A DNA stretch of 64,000 bases, taken from assembly GCA_036172245.1 (NCBI GenBank), contig JAYWIR010000006.1, positions 5,270,001 through 5,334,000 of the forward strand, in the 5' to 3' direction. Of the stretch, positions 25,401 through 36,976 are shown in pieces. Made by a program: the position numbers and the translations under genes. Origin of the DNA: Raillietiella orientalis. Lineage: Eukaryota. A model generated the notes under the pieces. The model made no database searches, was not told where the DNA came from, and worked only from the letters and a program-made list of their open reading frames with translations. Position 1 is the first letter of the stretch. Each line of letters starts with the position of its first letter.

Positions 25401-26519
25401 CTGGTGGCACGTGCGGAGACCACATGGCCTCCGATGCGGGCCATCTTCAAAGCCCACTTTCCCCACCCCATTTCAAGCCCCCTTCCCCTGTCCACCTTTA
25501 CTTCCCGCTAACCCGGCTGCCTCCTGCAGTCGCTTCTCCCCATTGCTCTCGGTCAACTACTCCGAGAACGGAGCTGCCGAAGAACTCCACCTCACCGAAG
25601 GCAAATGCTTTTCCTTCGGATGTTGAGGAAGCTCTTCCTTAGACCGCCTCCGAGCTCGCGCTCTCAATGGTGTGACCCCTGGGCAGTCCGCAGACTCGCG
25701 ACGGAACTCCCACGGACGGACGCCTTCAGATCATTTTCCTTCAGCTGGACCCACAGATGGACAGGTGGCCACTTAATTTCCCCATCCCATCGACGTGCGC
25801 ACCATCATTGTCCCTCCGACTAGCGGCCGCCACTGGCGCAGCTGGGCTGAAAGGTGAGAACGGCACTCTTCCCTGAGCCACAATTCCGACCAGTTTCCCG
25901 TGTACGACGACGTGAGCGCGCCTTTTCGTAAGGCGCGTACCGTGAACGGTACGAGAGCTGGGGTCCCTCCACTCCGGCTGTCCCTTCTTCATGGTCGTCG
26001 GGGGTGGGGGAGGAATGGTTTGCCTTCGACCGAACCTCTTTCTCCACTTCCGCGCTACCTTGCTTTCGCGACCACTCGCTTCGCAGGAGGTATCTCCGTG
26101 TCGTTTTCATCGTTTAAGTATGCAATTTAGTTCAAAAATGTATTACGGGGGTGGGCGGGTGGGAGATCTGGTTATCCTTCCATGTCTCCTTAGCTGTCCA
26201 TCTGGGGCGCTTGTTGCCCTCTACTCTGGTGCATCTCCAGCATCGTGTACTCTGATGCGGACCCCTCGCAAGAGCAGAGTTCTCTGAGTCTCCTTTGTTT
26301 TAACACCTGATAACGCCGGGGCATCTATTGAAAGAAATAATTACCATATATTTGTAGGGCTATCGGATCTACATTGTCCGAATAATGCTCGGAACCTGCC
26401 GAGTGACTGGCACGCAGACCGGCGAGGTTCGCCTCGGCAGTGGAGGGGAAAGCGGCAAACAAGAATAAAAATAAAACAAAAAAATATATACAAAAAATTG
26501 GGAGGGTTAGGGAAGGGAT

Positions 26520-27330
26520 CACCGGGAGCTGGAGGGCGTCCTCTGCATCCTTTCTAGGATGCCGGCAATTTCCATCTGCGTATGTCCCAGGTAGGGCCAT
26601 CTTGCTGCCGTCCGCAGGAAGCTCAGGGCGAAGCAAATGGCATCCCTGTAGCGCCGTCCTCCCCTCGCCTAGCTCCAGGCTGCTCCAATCCCGCGTAGGC
26701 AGCAAAGAGCTGCTGGGGGTGAGGCAGGCGAAGGGGCATCGCTCACGAAGAGATGTCCTTGGGATAGTCCGTCGGCGCACCAAGGGCCGTTGTGTAACGC
26801 AACCACAGGGGCCGGAGGGCAACAGTCTACGAGCAGGTACAGGAGCTGGGATCCCTGTTCCCTGCTGCAGTTGGGGTCCACAGCTCCGTGGGTCCAGTGA
26901 GACCGGCAGGCGTTGCACGGGAGACCGTCCGGGTCTCCTTTGGTGTTCTTCCTGTGATGTGCGTCCCACGTAGGTGATGCTCCCGGAGTATCGGATGCAC
27001 GAGGTCACCATGCGGCGCCTCATCCTCTCCGAGTGCTTCCTAGGGACATCGAGATCGTGCAGCACATCTCCGTTTTCCGGATCCCAGGCTCCCGATGAAT
27101 CACTACCTTCGCCTCTGGCGACGTGAGTCGCTGTCGTGACCTCCTTGATACCGGAAGTGTTTGCTCGTCGCTCTGGAAGGAGGGTGGGTGAACTCGGAGG
27201 CGCGAACGCGGCGCCACGACTCCATCACGAGGATGCCTTCAGCGTGAGGACCAGGAACCGGTCATGTCGATGCAACAGAGGAACAACAGCATCTCGAAGG
27301 CATCTCCGCCTGGCAGCGATGCTGCGGTGA
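26520..27330 (-). mobile_element. Degenerate LINE reverse transcriptase
   Basis: Ordered motifs: DAVVPLLHR, REPGIRK (Q.GFR), ALQGCHL (~26645; QG.PLSP), TYADGNCRHPRKDAEDALQ (~26580; YADD.......EDLQ). Confidence 0.55.
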
Positions 27331-28229
27331 AGCGCGACGGAGCCCTGGGCCATCATCCCCTTTGGTCTGGAGCTGCTCCTGCTCCTGAAAACCGAGCGGG
27401 ATGCTGGCAAGCCTCACTGTCGGTTCTGGAGTGACCATGTGTTACCTCGCTCTTGGCGTCGAACAGCGAAGGCGCGACGCGTGCGTCGAGATGCAGGAAG
27501 GTTTCATCTCGAGCGGAGAATGGAGCGACCTCGGAGCTGAGGCACGGGGAAAACCAACCTCGCCGGTGGAAAGCTCTTTCCCCTTCCGGCACTGAGGAAG
27601 CTCCTCGGACCGCAAACGCGCGGTCGGCCTTGGTGACGTCACTTATCAGCCAAGTCCTCTCCCTACAGCAAGGAGGAAAGACATCCTGAGCGAGACCCAG
27701 CAGATGAGTCCGGGAGAAAAGAAGCCCTTGGTTTTGGTACACACGCGGAGGCATCGGCGGCACAGCCTGTAAAGCCGACCCCTCCGCTCTTCTCTCAGGC
27801 AGGCTCGCGCCGCAGGATCGGAAGTCCCTCATTTCAGTTGACGGTTGAGAGGGCGAAGCGGACGCAGGGGCCCTCCTTGAGTCCGGATGGCGCATCCTTC
27901 CGAAAGGAACTGAAATGTGCACCAAAATCTCTTGCTCTCCTCCTTTGTCTGCCTCCACTCACATCGGTATCAACCAGCAAGCTGCATGTCATCAGTTTCC
28001 ATCCTCTCCCCCCTTCCTCCCCCCCTCTCTCACTCGCGCTGCTCAAAAATCTCCTTGTCGGAGTTGGGAATTCTTAGTGCCAGGGCTTCTCCTCCCCCTA
28101 CGTTCCCCCACGAAGTTTTCCTACGATGCAGCCAGGCCTCGCTGAAGAAAAACATAATAGTCGCTGCCAAGAGGAACCTTGTAAAAGATTCCGGATGCAA
28201 CAGCTGGATGACGAAAATCGACTCGCGAT

Positions 28230-28992
28230 GCCTGGCGGTGGTCTCCTCCCGCGGCGGTGCCGGGCATCGTGGGTTCGAATCCCGCCCGGAGGCCGAAAAT
28301 GGAAAGTGCGTCGTCGGTTTCGTTTCCTCCCCCTTCTCCCTCCTTTTCCCGCAGGATGGCGCTGGTGGGCCTATTCGGGAACGGCGCCTGAGGAAGCTGG
28401 ACGACCCCGTCGACTGGTCGGGATTAGAAGTTGACCCTCTGGAGTCCCTTCCAGAAATCAAGGAGCCGGTTCCCTTCGAGGTTCCCCTTTGGTTGTGAAA
28501 ATGGAGCCTTTCTCTTCTGAGGCGGATCTTCCATCTCGTGTCATGGAACTGGTCACTACCTTCTTCAGGGGTTGTCTCTCCAGAGTGTCCAAGAAGTTCG
28601 TTGCTCTCTTCGGGGGGCGATTCTTCAGAGATAAGGGGAAGCGTCCCTTCAGGGGGTTCTCTTCAGAGGAGGAAACCAAGAGCGGTTCCCATCCGGGTGG
28701 TCCATCCGGTGAAGAAAAGTGTGGTCCTCTTTGGAGACAACAAGGAAGAGAGGGTTCCCTTCGGAGGCTACCGGGGCGAGGAGGGACGAATGCGCAAGAG
28801 GGATGAACTCCCCTTCCTACGTAGCCTTCCTGTATCCATAGGGTGGTCCCCTCCCGGAGTCACTCCCTACGAATTGAAAAGTCACACGCACCCTCGGATG
28901 GCGTGGACAGTGTCTAAGAGCTTCTCTAGTCCCTTCCTGCCCTTGAGGGGAGTAGAACAGTTCCTCAGCACCCCTTCAGAACCAAAAAAAAA
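28230..28992 (+). mobile_element. SINE-like family, copy C (most complete)
   Basis: A-box-like TGGCGGTGG (~28233), B-box GGTTCGAATCC (28272-28282), ~700-nt body shared with the other copies, ending ...cccttcagaacc plus A9 (28984-28992). Confidence 0.8.
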
Positions 28993-29029
28993 GCTGTAAG
29001 GGAAGGAGCGAAAACGGGGGAACCAGAAA

Positions 29030-30020
29030 GGATTTCCATCACCCTACGGAATGACGGAAAATCTTCCCACTCGAAATCCATCACTGCAATGGCATCTGCA
29101 TCATCAGCAACACACTGCACATTCCTTCTCCACTGACCCATTTCGAAGGAGTGTCGGATCAGCAGACGGACCAACTGGAACGCCTCACGGCGCGCAAACC
29201 GAATGCTGAAACGAAGCGCAAAGTTGCTGAAGGGTCGGCTTGGGGGTGGATCGGGTCGCTCCTGCGGAGGGCCCGAGGCAAGAGTGGCACCAAGCTGGCA
29301 AGCGTGCGGAAGATGTCCTCGGCATCACTCGCCCCCGAGAAAGAAGGTGAGGTTCTCGTAGCCTTCGAGTCAGTTTTCATCCCCCTCTCGAGAAAAGGTA
29401 GCCGCGGGTTAGGCTGCAGTCGGGAGCAAACTCTCTGTACTGCCCAGCAGCACGATCCACGGGCAACCACCACGAAAAAGCCCGGAGAATGGACTTTCGT
29501 TTTTTCGGACAGAAGACGCTCTCCTTTCTCATTTGAAGAGCGTGTGGCAGTCTGCTGCAGATGGGGGGACATCGGACTTCTGGCACGGAAGCTGCGGCGT
29601 TTTTCTCCCATCGTCTGATGACGTGGCGGCAGCGGCGATTCTTCGGAAGCATCGAAGCGTCCCGCACACTGAAGCGCGACGCCAAAGCGCCTTTTGGAAG
29701 GATGCTGCGTCTCATTTCTGGAACTTCGGTCTGCCTGGAAGCGGCCGGAGCAAGGGGACATCCGCATCCAGGCGCCTGGCTTTGCGACGAGTTCGCGCCA
29801 CGACGAATGAGCGTGTGAACAAGACTGGGGGGCGTGCCGGCTTCCCTCCTACACTGTGGCTGAATTCAGCCTCTGGGGTTATCACGAAGTCTTCCCCCAG
29901 CAAAAGATTCACGGCTGACACCGCTCCGCAGGAAGGATTCTGTTCTGGGCGAGGCGCGCCGCTCCCCACTCGCCCTGCTCCCCTGAATCTCCTGCATGCG
30001 ATCGGAAGCTCCACGCGAAG
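29030..30020 (-). mobile_element. Degenerate L1/Tx1-like LINE reverse transcriptase
   Basis: QEIQGSRASGERRASPRTESF is in register with EI..AI.S.....SPG.DGF. Then PRALRRSDPIHP (~29260; RGLRQGDPLSP) and QCVADD (~29105; QYADD). Confidence 0.6.
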
Positions 30021-30181
30021 ATGCTGCTGCCCACACATCCGTGAATCGGGTGGGAGGCTGAAGAGTCTGAGAATCCACCGACCGTGGTCTCATAGCGATT
30101 GCATCCGATGCGAATCTTCCTCCGATGAAATGCTCTCAAAGTTCCTTCGAGGAAAAAGGACCAAATCTGCAGTCCTCGAAG
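29870..30181 (+). repeat. 312-bp duplicated block, copy 2
   Basis: Matches 19004-19315 with 2 substitutions. Flanked by TTCAG upstream and GCAAGC downstream. Confidence 0.97.
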
Positions 30182-33100
30182 GCAAGCGTGCGGGCGAGCC
30201 CGAGGCGCCGGCCCTCCACAAGTCTGTCCACGCAGCGAACGCGTCTCTCTAGGCGGGCCGGTTTAAAGTGGCTCGAGCTGTACGCCTTCAATTTCGGGGG
30301 TCGGTGAGTGACACGATTTCACGCCAAAGCGGCGTGGCCAAATTCTTCCGGTGAAGCCTCTGTTTGGGTTTTAAACTGCATAATCTCGGAGCTGCTGGAT
30401 CTTATTTTTGGCTTTTGGCACCTTGTCTTGCAGGCTGATTTTTCCAGATGAGATGAACGGGTTAGTCCGAATTTAGCCCTTCCTTTCTGTCCGTGCAATG
30501 CACTTGTGGGCACCTACTTGTTGGCATCACTCCATCTTCCTTCTCGTGCGTTGCACTTGGTGGGGTTTCTTTTCTTTTTTCGTCTTTCGATTCTTCAATC
30601 AGCCCAATCGCCAACTGGTTCTACAAAAAGCGGAGTTTTTGCCTCCACAGGACTTCGGACGTTTCCATGGACAACGATTTCGAACGGGTCATCTTCTGCG
30701 AATTTATGTGATCCCGAAGCACCTGAACATCCCCGGATTCCAGAAGCTTTAGTGGTCTCGGGGATCAAGGCCGTCTCCACAGGGACCGGTTGCTGTCATC
30801 AGCTGCGGAAGTGGCTCCCTTGGCAGTTCCCTGAAGGAAGACGCCGGAGGAAGGGAGGTGGTCCGGAAGGCGAATGTGGAAAGCCCTGTTCCCGTGGGTG
30901 TCCGATCCCCCGAGCACTGGCGCCAACCGAAGCTCTCTTTGCTCGCCTCCGAAGCGACGACGGGGAATCACTCTTCCCGCGCAGAGTTCCCTTCCAAGGA
31001 CGGGAGGAACTTCCTCCTCCGCTGCCGCGAGCGCTCGCGAAGGAGAAACGACCCCCTCCATGTGCGGAAAGATCGTCTGCGGACGCACATCGCTCATTCC
31101 GCCGCTGATGACTCATCGGTTCCCGCCAGGTCACCTCAGAAATTCCTCGAGAGCAGGAAGAGGCGCGCGTCGTGCGCGACGTCGCCTCCGCACCGACAAT
31201 CCATCTTCCTTCCTTGCGCGCTTCGGATGGAGTCCTCATTTGTTCCACGGAGTGCGATTTCGCACCAGTCAACCCGGTTTCCTGTGTTTCCATTCCAATT
31301 GCTCATCTGCTTAATTGCGCGCGCTCTCCCTCCGCAGAGAGACAAAAAAAAAAAAAAACATGCTGCCCAGCCGAGAGTCGCCGGAGCCATCACTCGGATG
31401 CGGGCGCTTCCGTACCACGGGGAAGAGGAGGCAGGGAGGGGGGGAGGAAGGTAGGGAGGAAGCGGACGCTGACTTATGGCCGCTGCGAGCGCCGTGGGGC
31501 CCCAGATAATTGGGCCGCGGCGCCCGATCCTCCAGCCCGCAGCCTCGCGACGTAATTCGGTAATTGCTGGAAAGTCATCTCGCCCGAGGTTAATTGCAGG
31601 CTCTTGTCAGTTGCAGGAGCGCCGGGAACGGTGGCGCTGCCGAGTTTCCCCGCGGAAGACAAAAAAAAAGGGGGAAAGGTAGTGAGTACTTTCTTTTCGT
31701 GCTCCCTGAGCCCTCCACTCGGTTAGGGAAAGAAAGGAGGAATTACGGGAGCGTATTACGGGGCTCCCTACGCCCCACGACTTCTCCCAAGGAACAGGGA
31801 CCATCAGAGGAGGGGCCTCGCGACTAGGCGAAGGACCGACAGATCCACGAGGTAACCAAGAAGCGAATCCCGAATTTTCGGGAGGGAATTTTCGAGAAAT
31901 TCGCAGACGGACTGCCGTGTTTTGGTTGCTTCCGGTCCAGCTGCCAGACACAGCCGGAGATGAGGAGGCTGAGGAAACGTTCGAGTTGAAATCCATTCGA
32001 TTCTTAAGGACGGGAGAGGGTCAGCAAGGAAGGCCGTATGGGTTTCGTTCCAGAGGAGCGGCTGGAAACGCTCCAGAGAAGACGACCGGCGGCCGCTGCG
32101 CGCTGATCCGAGGGAGAGCGCTGGAAGCTCGGGCGCTTGGAAAGCCGTCCGCGAGGTGCGCCACCAGCAGCAGCCGCGTCGGCTGCTGGATGCTCTTACC
32201 CTGGCGCGTCCCAATCGGGTTGTCTTCTTCGCTGCTCAGGAAGCGGAGTGGCGCCACCTGATAGCACTTGGGTTCAGGGAGCACCCGGGTGCCCACGCAG
32301 CAGGAGGAAGGAATATAGTGCCGAATTGCCCGTGATCAGTCTCCCCCCTCCCCCTTCCTTTCTCGTGTCGTTGGAACCTGCAGATCAGGCGCATTTACGG
32401 GCAGCGGCCCTCAGCCCGGGACCGCAGGAAAGGGCCGAGACGTCGGATGGCACCCACAAGCTCGACCGCGAGTCCCGATGTAACAGCGGGATTCCTTTCT
32501 TTTTTTTCCCCGAATGCAGTTCGTCCTGGGAATCCCCGGGACCCTCCTCGACCCCACGGAAACCCAGGAGAAGCGCCTGGACTCACTCGCGTCAGCGGGA
32601 ACCGTCAGCCCGTCCTGCGGCGCCTGGCCGCCAGCTGGGCTGCTATGCCTCGTCCCCTCCCTTTCGCCGTAGGGCGCCCTGCGAGCAAGAGTCTGCCTCC
32701 CTCCCGCCCCAGCCTCCAGCAGGGAAGGGAAGAGGGAAAAGAGCTACCCCTATTCTCTTTCTTCCTTTCTTTCCCCTCGACAGCGCGATTTTTTCCTCTC
32801 CTTCCGGGAAGGCGGCGGAGGGCGCGCACTCCCGCGCGGCTTCCGCGGAGATCTCTTGGACGGGGATTCCAAGGGCGAGAACCACAGGAGGGAGCGGGGA
32901 GGGAGGGAGGAAGGGGGACGTAGGGGTCCGGGAGATGAGAGTGATCTGGGAGCTGACCCTTGGGAGATGTCGCGGGACTCTCCGAGACGCGCTTCCTGGA
33001 ATCCCCGGGGATACCCATTTCTCGTCCTTTCCCTTGCTGAGCGGAAGGGCTCAGAGAGCACGGAAGACATCTGAGAAGCCCGCGAGCGATCCCGAGAGGA

Positions 33101-33659
33101 GGAGTTCCCGGCATCCGCCTCGCAGACGCCTCGTGGGGTCCCTCTCCACTCCTGGCGGGAGCTGAAGTCGTGGGCACGCGGATCCCCAATTTCCTCCCTA
33201 CTGAGGACGCGATAAGAGGGCGGAAGCAGCGAGCGAGGTATGCGCAAGCAGCCGCCGGTCATGTGAAAGCGTCCCTAGAGGACCGAAGAGTGGAACTAGG
33301 AAGACTGGGGGGGAGGAGAGGCAGATGGACAGGACACCGAGGAATGCGAAACAAGTTCTGGAAGAAGAAGGAAAAAAAAGCATTACGGCTCGAGACCAGA
33401 TGGCACAACAAGGGTAGGTGGGTCGGGAGTGCAGAGCAGCGCCGGCGGCTATGGCGGCAGCACAGAGCATGAGGCTGTGCTCCCACGCGTACTCGGCGAG
33501 CACCGCGGTGGAACCGGCGGCAGATTCGAGAAGCTTCCCTGACTTTCCTACGGGAGGCGCGGAAGGCCTCGCGGCTGGTCCGGGGATAGCGGCCGGGCAG
33601 CGCGCGCCGCGACGGCTGCATCCCTCGACTGACCGGGTCGGCGGTTCGCCTGTTCCCCT

Positions 33660-33985
33660 ATAGATGGAACTGCGCGCGGCTTGCTCCGCCTCCCTGATAC
33701 TGCCGGGCGCCCCGCGACGAGCGGCAGTCCTTCCCGTTCCGATGCTTGAACTCTCTCGCCCCTGGTTGTTGTTGGCTCCAGGCGGAAGAGATCGTCGGAA
33801 ACGTTGATGGAACTCTGAGCGTCCGAAACACCATCCACGGAGTTCTGAGGGCTAAGGGAGGGGGAGGGGAGCGGAACATCCGCGCGTGCGCCTGCCCACC
33901 CGACTCAGATGAGCTCACTCAGGTCAACAAACTGCATCGAGGCGAAGGCGTCCGTTCCATTGGTAGCGGGGAAACGCGCAAGCCG
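33660..33985 (-). mobile_element. Gypsy-type LTR retrotransposon RT remnant
   Basis: RVSPLP..NGRLRL (WVSP....K.G.LRL), SINVSDDLFRLEPT (N.SDDI.V.G.T), EREGLPLVAG (..GL.LN..K). Confidence 0.5.
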
Positions 33986-34774
33986 AGGGCGCACCACCCG
34001 TACTCGGAAGCGAACACCGGGAGAGCTCCCGTGCCCGCACAGGAAGGCGCTGACGCGGGAACGATCCGACGACGACGTGGGGCAAGCAGCAGCAGCAGGG
34101 GAGCCTGATCCCCAGCCCCGAAACGCGTGCGAACAAAATCTGGAGGGGGTTGCGAGGGGCGACTCCTCGCCCGCCCATCCACCCCCGACTCTTGCACCTT
34201 CTCACGAGTTGCGGATCGGCGGGCGGACGGGCGACTTTCACTTTCCCCCGAGAGTCAGCGCCTGAGGATTCTCGTCATCCGTTGCCGTTTCTCCGGGGCA
34301 GGAAGGCGCGGCTAAAAGAGGGCTGTTGGATGGGGGGAAGGAGGAGCTGAGCTCCCTCCCCTTCCCTCCCCCTTCCTCCTTTCTCCCCATTTCCGTTTCG
34401 GAAGACGTCGTCTCTATAGGGTGCTTCCCTGCGCGTCTCCTGGGGACCCGGCCGGAGAGGACCTCGGCAACGTATCTCCGTAGGACCCTCCACCCCTCCC
34501 CTTCCTTCGCGACGTTCATGCGGGGGAGCGAAAATCGTCCTTCTCCTCTGAAGCAGTCCCTGCTTTCCTTTCCCGGGCGGTGCGCCGGCGATCACTCCCA
34601 CCCCCACCCCTCCAGAAGCAGCAGGGGCATCGCCGGCCTTCCCTTTGCAGCCCGATTTGGACTTTCGCGATCCGCACTGGTGGGGCCTGTCGCTCGCGCG
34701 CGCTGCGCGCACGCAGCCCGAGCCGAACCTCCGCCCCGGGTGCGCGCGGCAGTATCCGCAAGGTACGCGTGGTG

Positions 34775-35130
34775 GATCGCGGGTTCGAATCCCGCCCGGT
34801 GGAAAGGCCGGCGCTTGGAACACGGGGTGCGTCGTGGGGTTCCCCTCCAGTTGTGCAGATGGAGCCACCCATCGCGTGGCCTGGAGCTGGTTGAGAAGCC
34901 CTCTCGGGGACTGCCTACCCGGAGCTCCAGAAGAGCAGCGGCGTTGCCTGGAAACCTCGCGTCGGCAGCCGTGCAGCTGCGGCCTGCGGACGTGACACCA
35001 GGGGTCGCGTGTTCGAATCCCGCCCGGGGGAAGGCCGACGGTGGTGAAAATGGAGCCACCTTATGGCACCATCGCGCACCCTGGATCTGGTTAGATACCT
35101 TCCCCTCTCTGGGACTGTCTCTCCAAGCCT
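34775..35130 (+). mobile_element. Two tandem, internally deleted SINE-like copies
   Basis: B-boxes gggttcgaatcccgcccgg (34781) and gttcgaatcccgcccgg (35011). Each is followed by atggagcc..ccatcgcg..ctgga.ctgg, matching copy C at 28500-28580. Confidence 0.75.
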
Positions 35131-36754
35131 CCACGCCTTCCTTCCACCCTTTACCCCCCCCCCCCCCCCTCAGCCCCCTTCGGGCGAAAGCTGCGCCCAT
35201 CCCGTATGCTGGAAACGGATCGCGTCTCCTGGGTGCTCCCTCTGGCTGCTCGAAGGCTTCGAGGGGCATCTTCTTCGTCTTTTCTGGGACAACGGCTTCC
35301 CACCTTTGATCCGGCGTGGACCTGGGAGGTCCCGCTATTCGCGTCGCTTGCAGGGAGTCCACGCGACTTGTTCCGCTCTCCACGCGAACGCATCATGACC
35401 TCCGCTTGTTCACCGGAGAGAGTTCAGCGCGTCCCCTGGCGGCACTGAGGGCATCCGGTGGCTCCCTCCCCCTCCGTCCCGGTACCTCGAACCAGCATCC
35501 CACCGTTGACGGAAAGGAAGATTCGCAGAACGGATCGACTGAGGGAGGGAGGGCTCTTCAGCACAGCCTTTGCTTGGCCTCGCTGCCACCGCGTCAGCCT
35601 ACTCTGCCAGAAGCTATAGCGTGCTAGTCACTGCGCGGTTTCGCCTCGGAACACTCGCAGTCGGCAGGGTTGCCGCCGAGGGCCGATGCCCGCTTCCTGG
35701 TCCCGGAACAGGCTCTCGGCGGGCGCTCCCACGGCGGAAAGAGCGTGCAGTGGCAGCTCTGCCGCTATTCCGGAGTCCCCGGCTTTTCGACCGGCCGAAC
35801 GAAGCGGTTGGTTTTGGCGGGAGTCGTCGTCACAGCAGCTGCTTCCACGCTCCCGATTATTCCCTGACGCCAGGGCTGCTTCGAGGCAACCTTGAGGAGG
35901 AGGAGGAGCGCAGCTCGTTGATGCTGCTGTCGAGTTCGAGATGAAGACGCCGGGTGACGAACGCTGCCTGCTAGCGGGTTCCTCGTCGAAGGGTCGTCTT
36001 CCCGAGGGCACAGAAGCTGCGCGCATCGATCTTCGCCAGCCCGGCGCGTTAACCCGCACGTGGAGATCCGCGACAGCTGGGAGCGAGTCATGCGAGCGAA
36101 CAACGCTGATGGATGCAGCCCTCGAAACTCCTGCGGGAACGGGGCCGGTCCTGATCAGAGCTCACGTGTTAATAATGGCGGTAATAACATCCAAAGTATC
36201 TTCTCTCCATCGGGTCTGCTGAAAAGGTGCGGGACAAAAACGTAGGCTGCTAGCTTAGCGGCGGTGAATCAGGAGGGGGCGACCCTACGGACGCCGCCTC
36301 TCCACTCAGAGTTTGCAAACTTGTTACGAAGGCAATGTCTGCTCACCAGAGCGCCTTGTGCACGCTTGCACGGGAGCAGGCGCCCTCGCAGGCGCTCTGG
36401 GAGCTCCATTACCCACGTGCGTGGCGTCACGCTTTGGCCGATGTTTCCGCAAGCACTCTTTGACTTGATTCTTTTCGTGTCTTCGAAGGGATCGCGCTAG
36501 ACCCAGACGGCATGTCGCGGCTGCGTCGAGAGCCCACGAGAAAGGCGCGCTTCCATTTCTCCGGAGACAACCTCTGCGTTCTCGCGAGAACGAGGCGAGA
36601 GAACAAATGCTGAAGGAGGGCTCCAAGGAAGACTATCCTAGGCGACAGGGATGAGTCCGTCTGCAGACATCGCCTCAGCCCAAAAACAAATGCAATACAT
36701 AGCCTCAGCAGTAATCGACGTTAAAAATAAAATACAAACTTTGATAATAACACG

Positions 36755-36976
36755 AGCGACGGTGGCGATACCAACAATAGTAGTTGCAGCGAAGGAAGAG
36801 ACGGCGACAACAATGGCTTCTGTAGCAACGGTGGAAAAGCAACAATAGTAGCTGTAGAGACGGCAGGGACGGCGACAACAATGGCTTCTGTAGCAACGAC
36901 GGTGGAGAAAGCAACAATAGTAGCTGTAGAGATCGGAGGGACGGCGACAACAATGACTGCTGTAGCAACGATGGTC
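36755..36976 (+). repeat. Minisatellite with ~68-72-bp unit made of two ~35-bp subunits
   Basis: gacggcgacaacaatggcttctgtagcaacg.. starts at 36800, 36868 and 36940, alternating with gcaacaatagtagctgtagaga. Confidence 0.95.

Noticed and set aside
28230..28300. Functional tRNA at GGTTCGAATCC sites (also ~1800, 34781, 35011)
   Set aside because: Only the T-loop/B-box is conserved and I could not fold a cloverleaf. Better explained as SINE heads.
36755..36976. Repeat array as a CRISPR
   Set aside because: The intervening segments are themselves repeated rather than unique spacers, there are no cas genes, and the context is eukaryotic.
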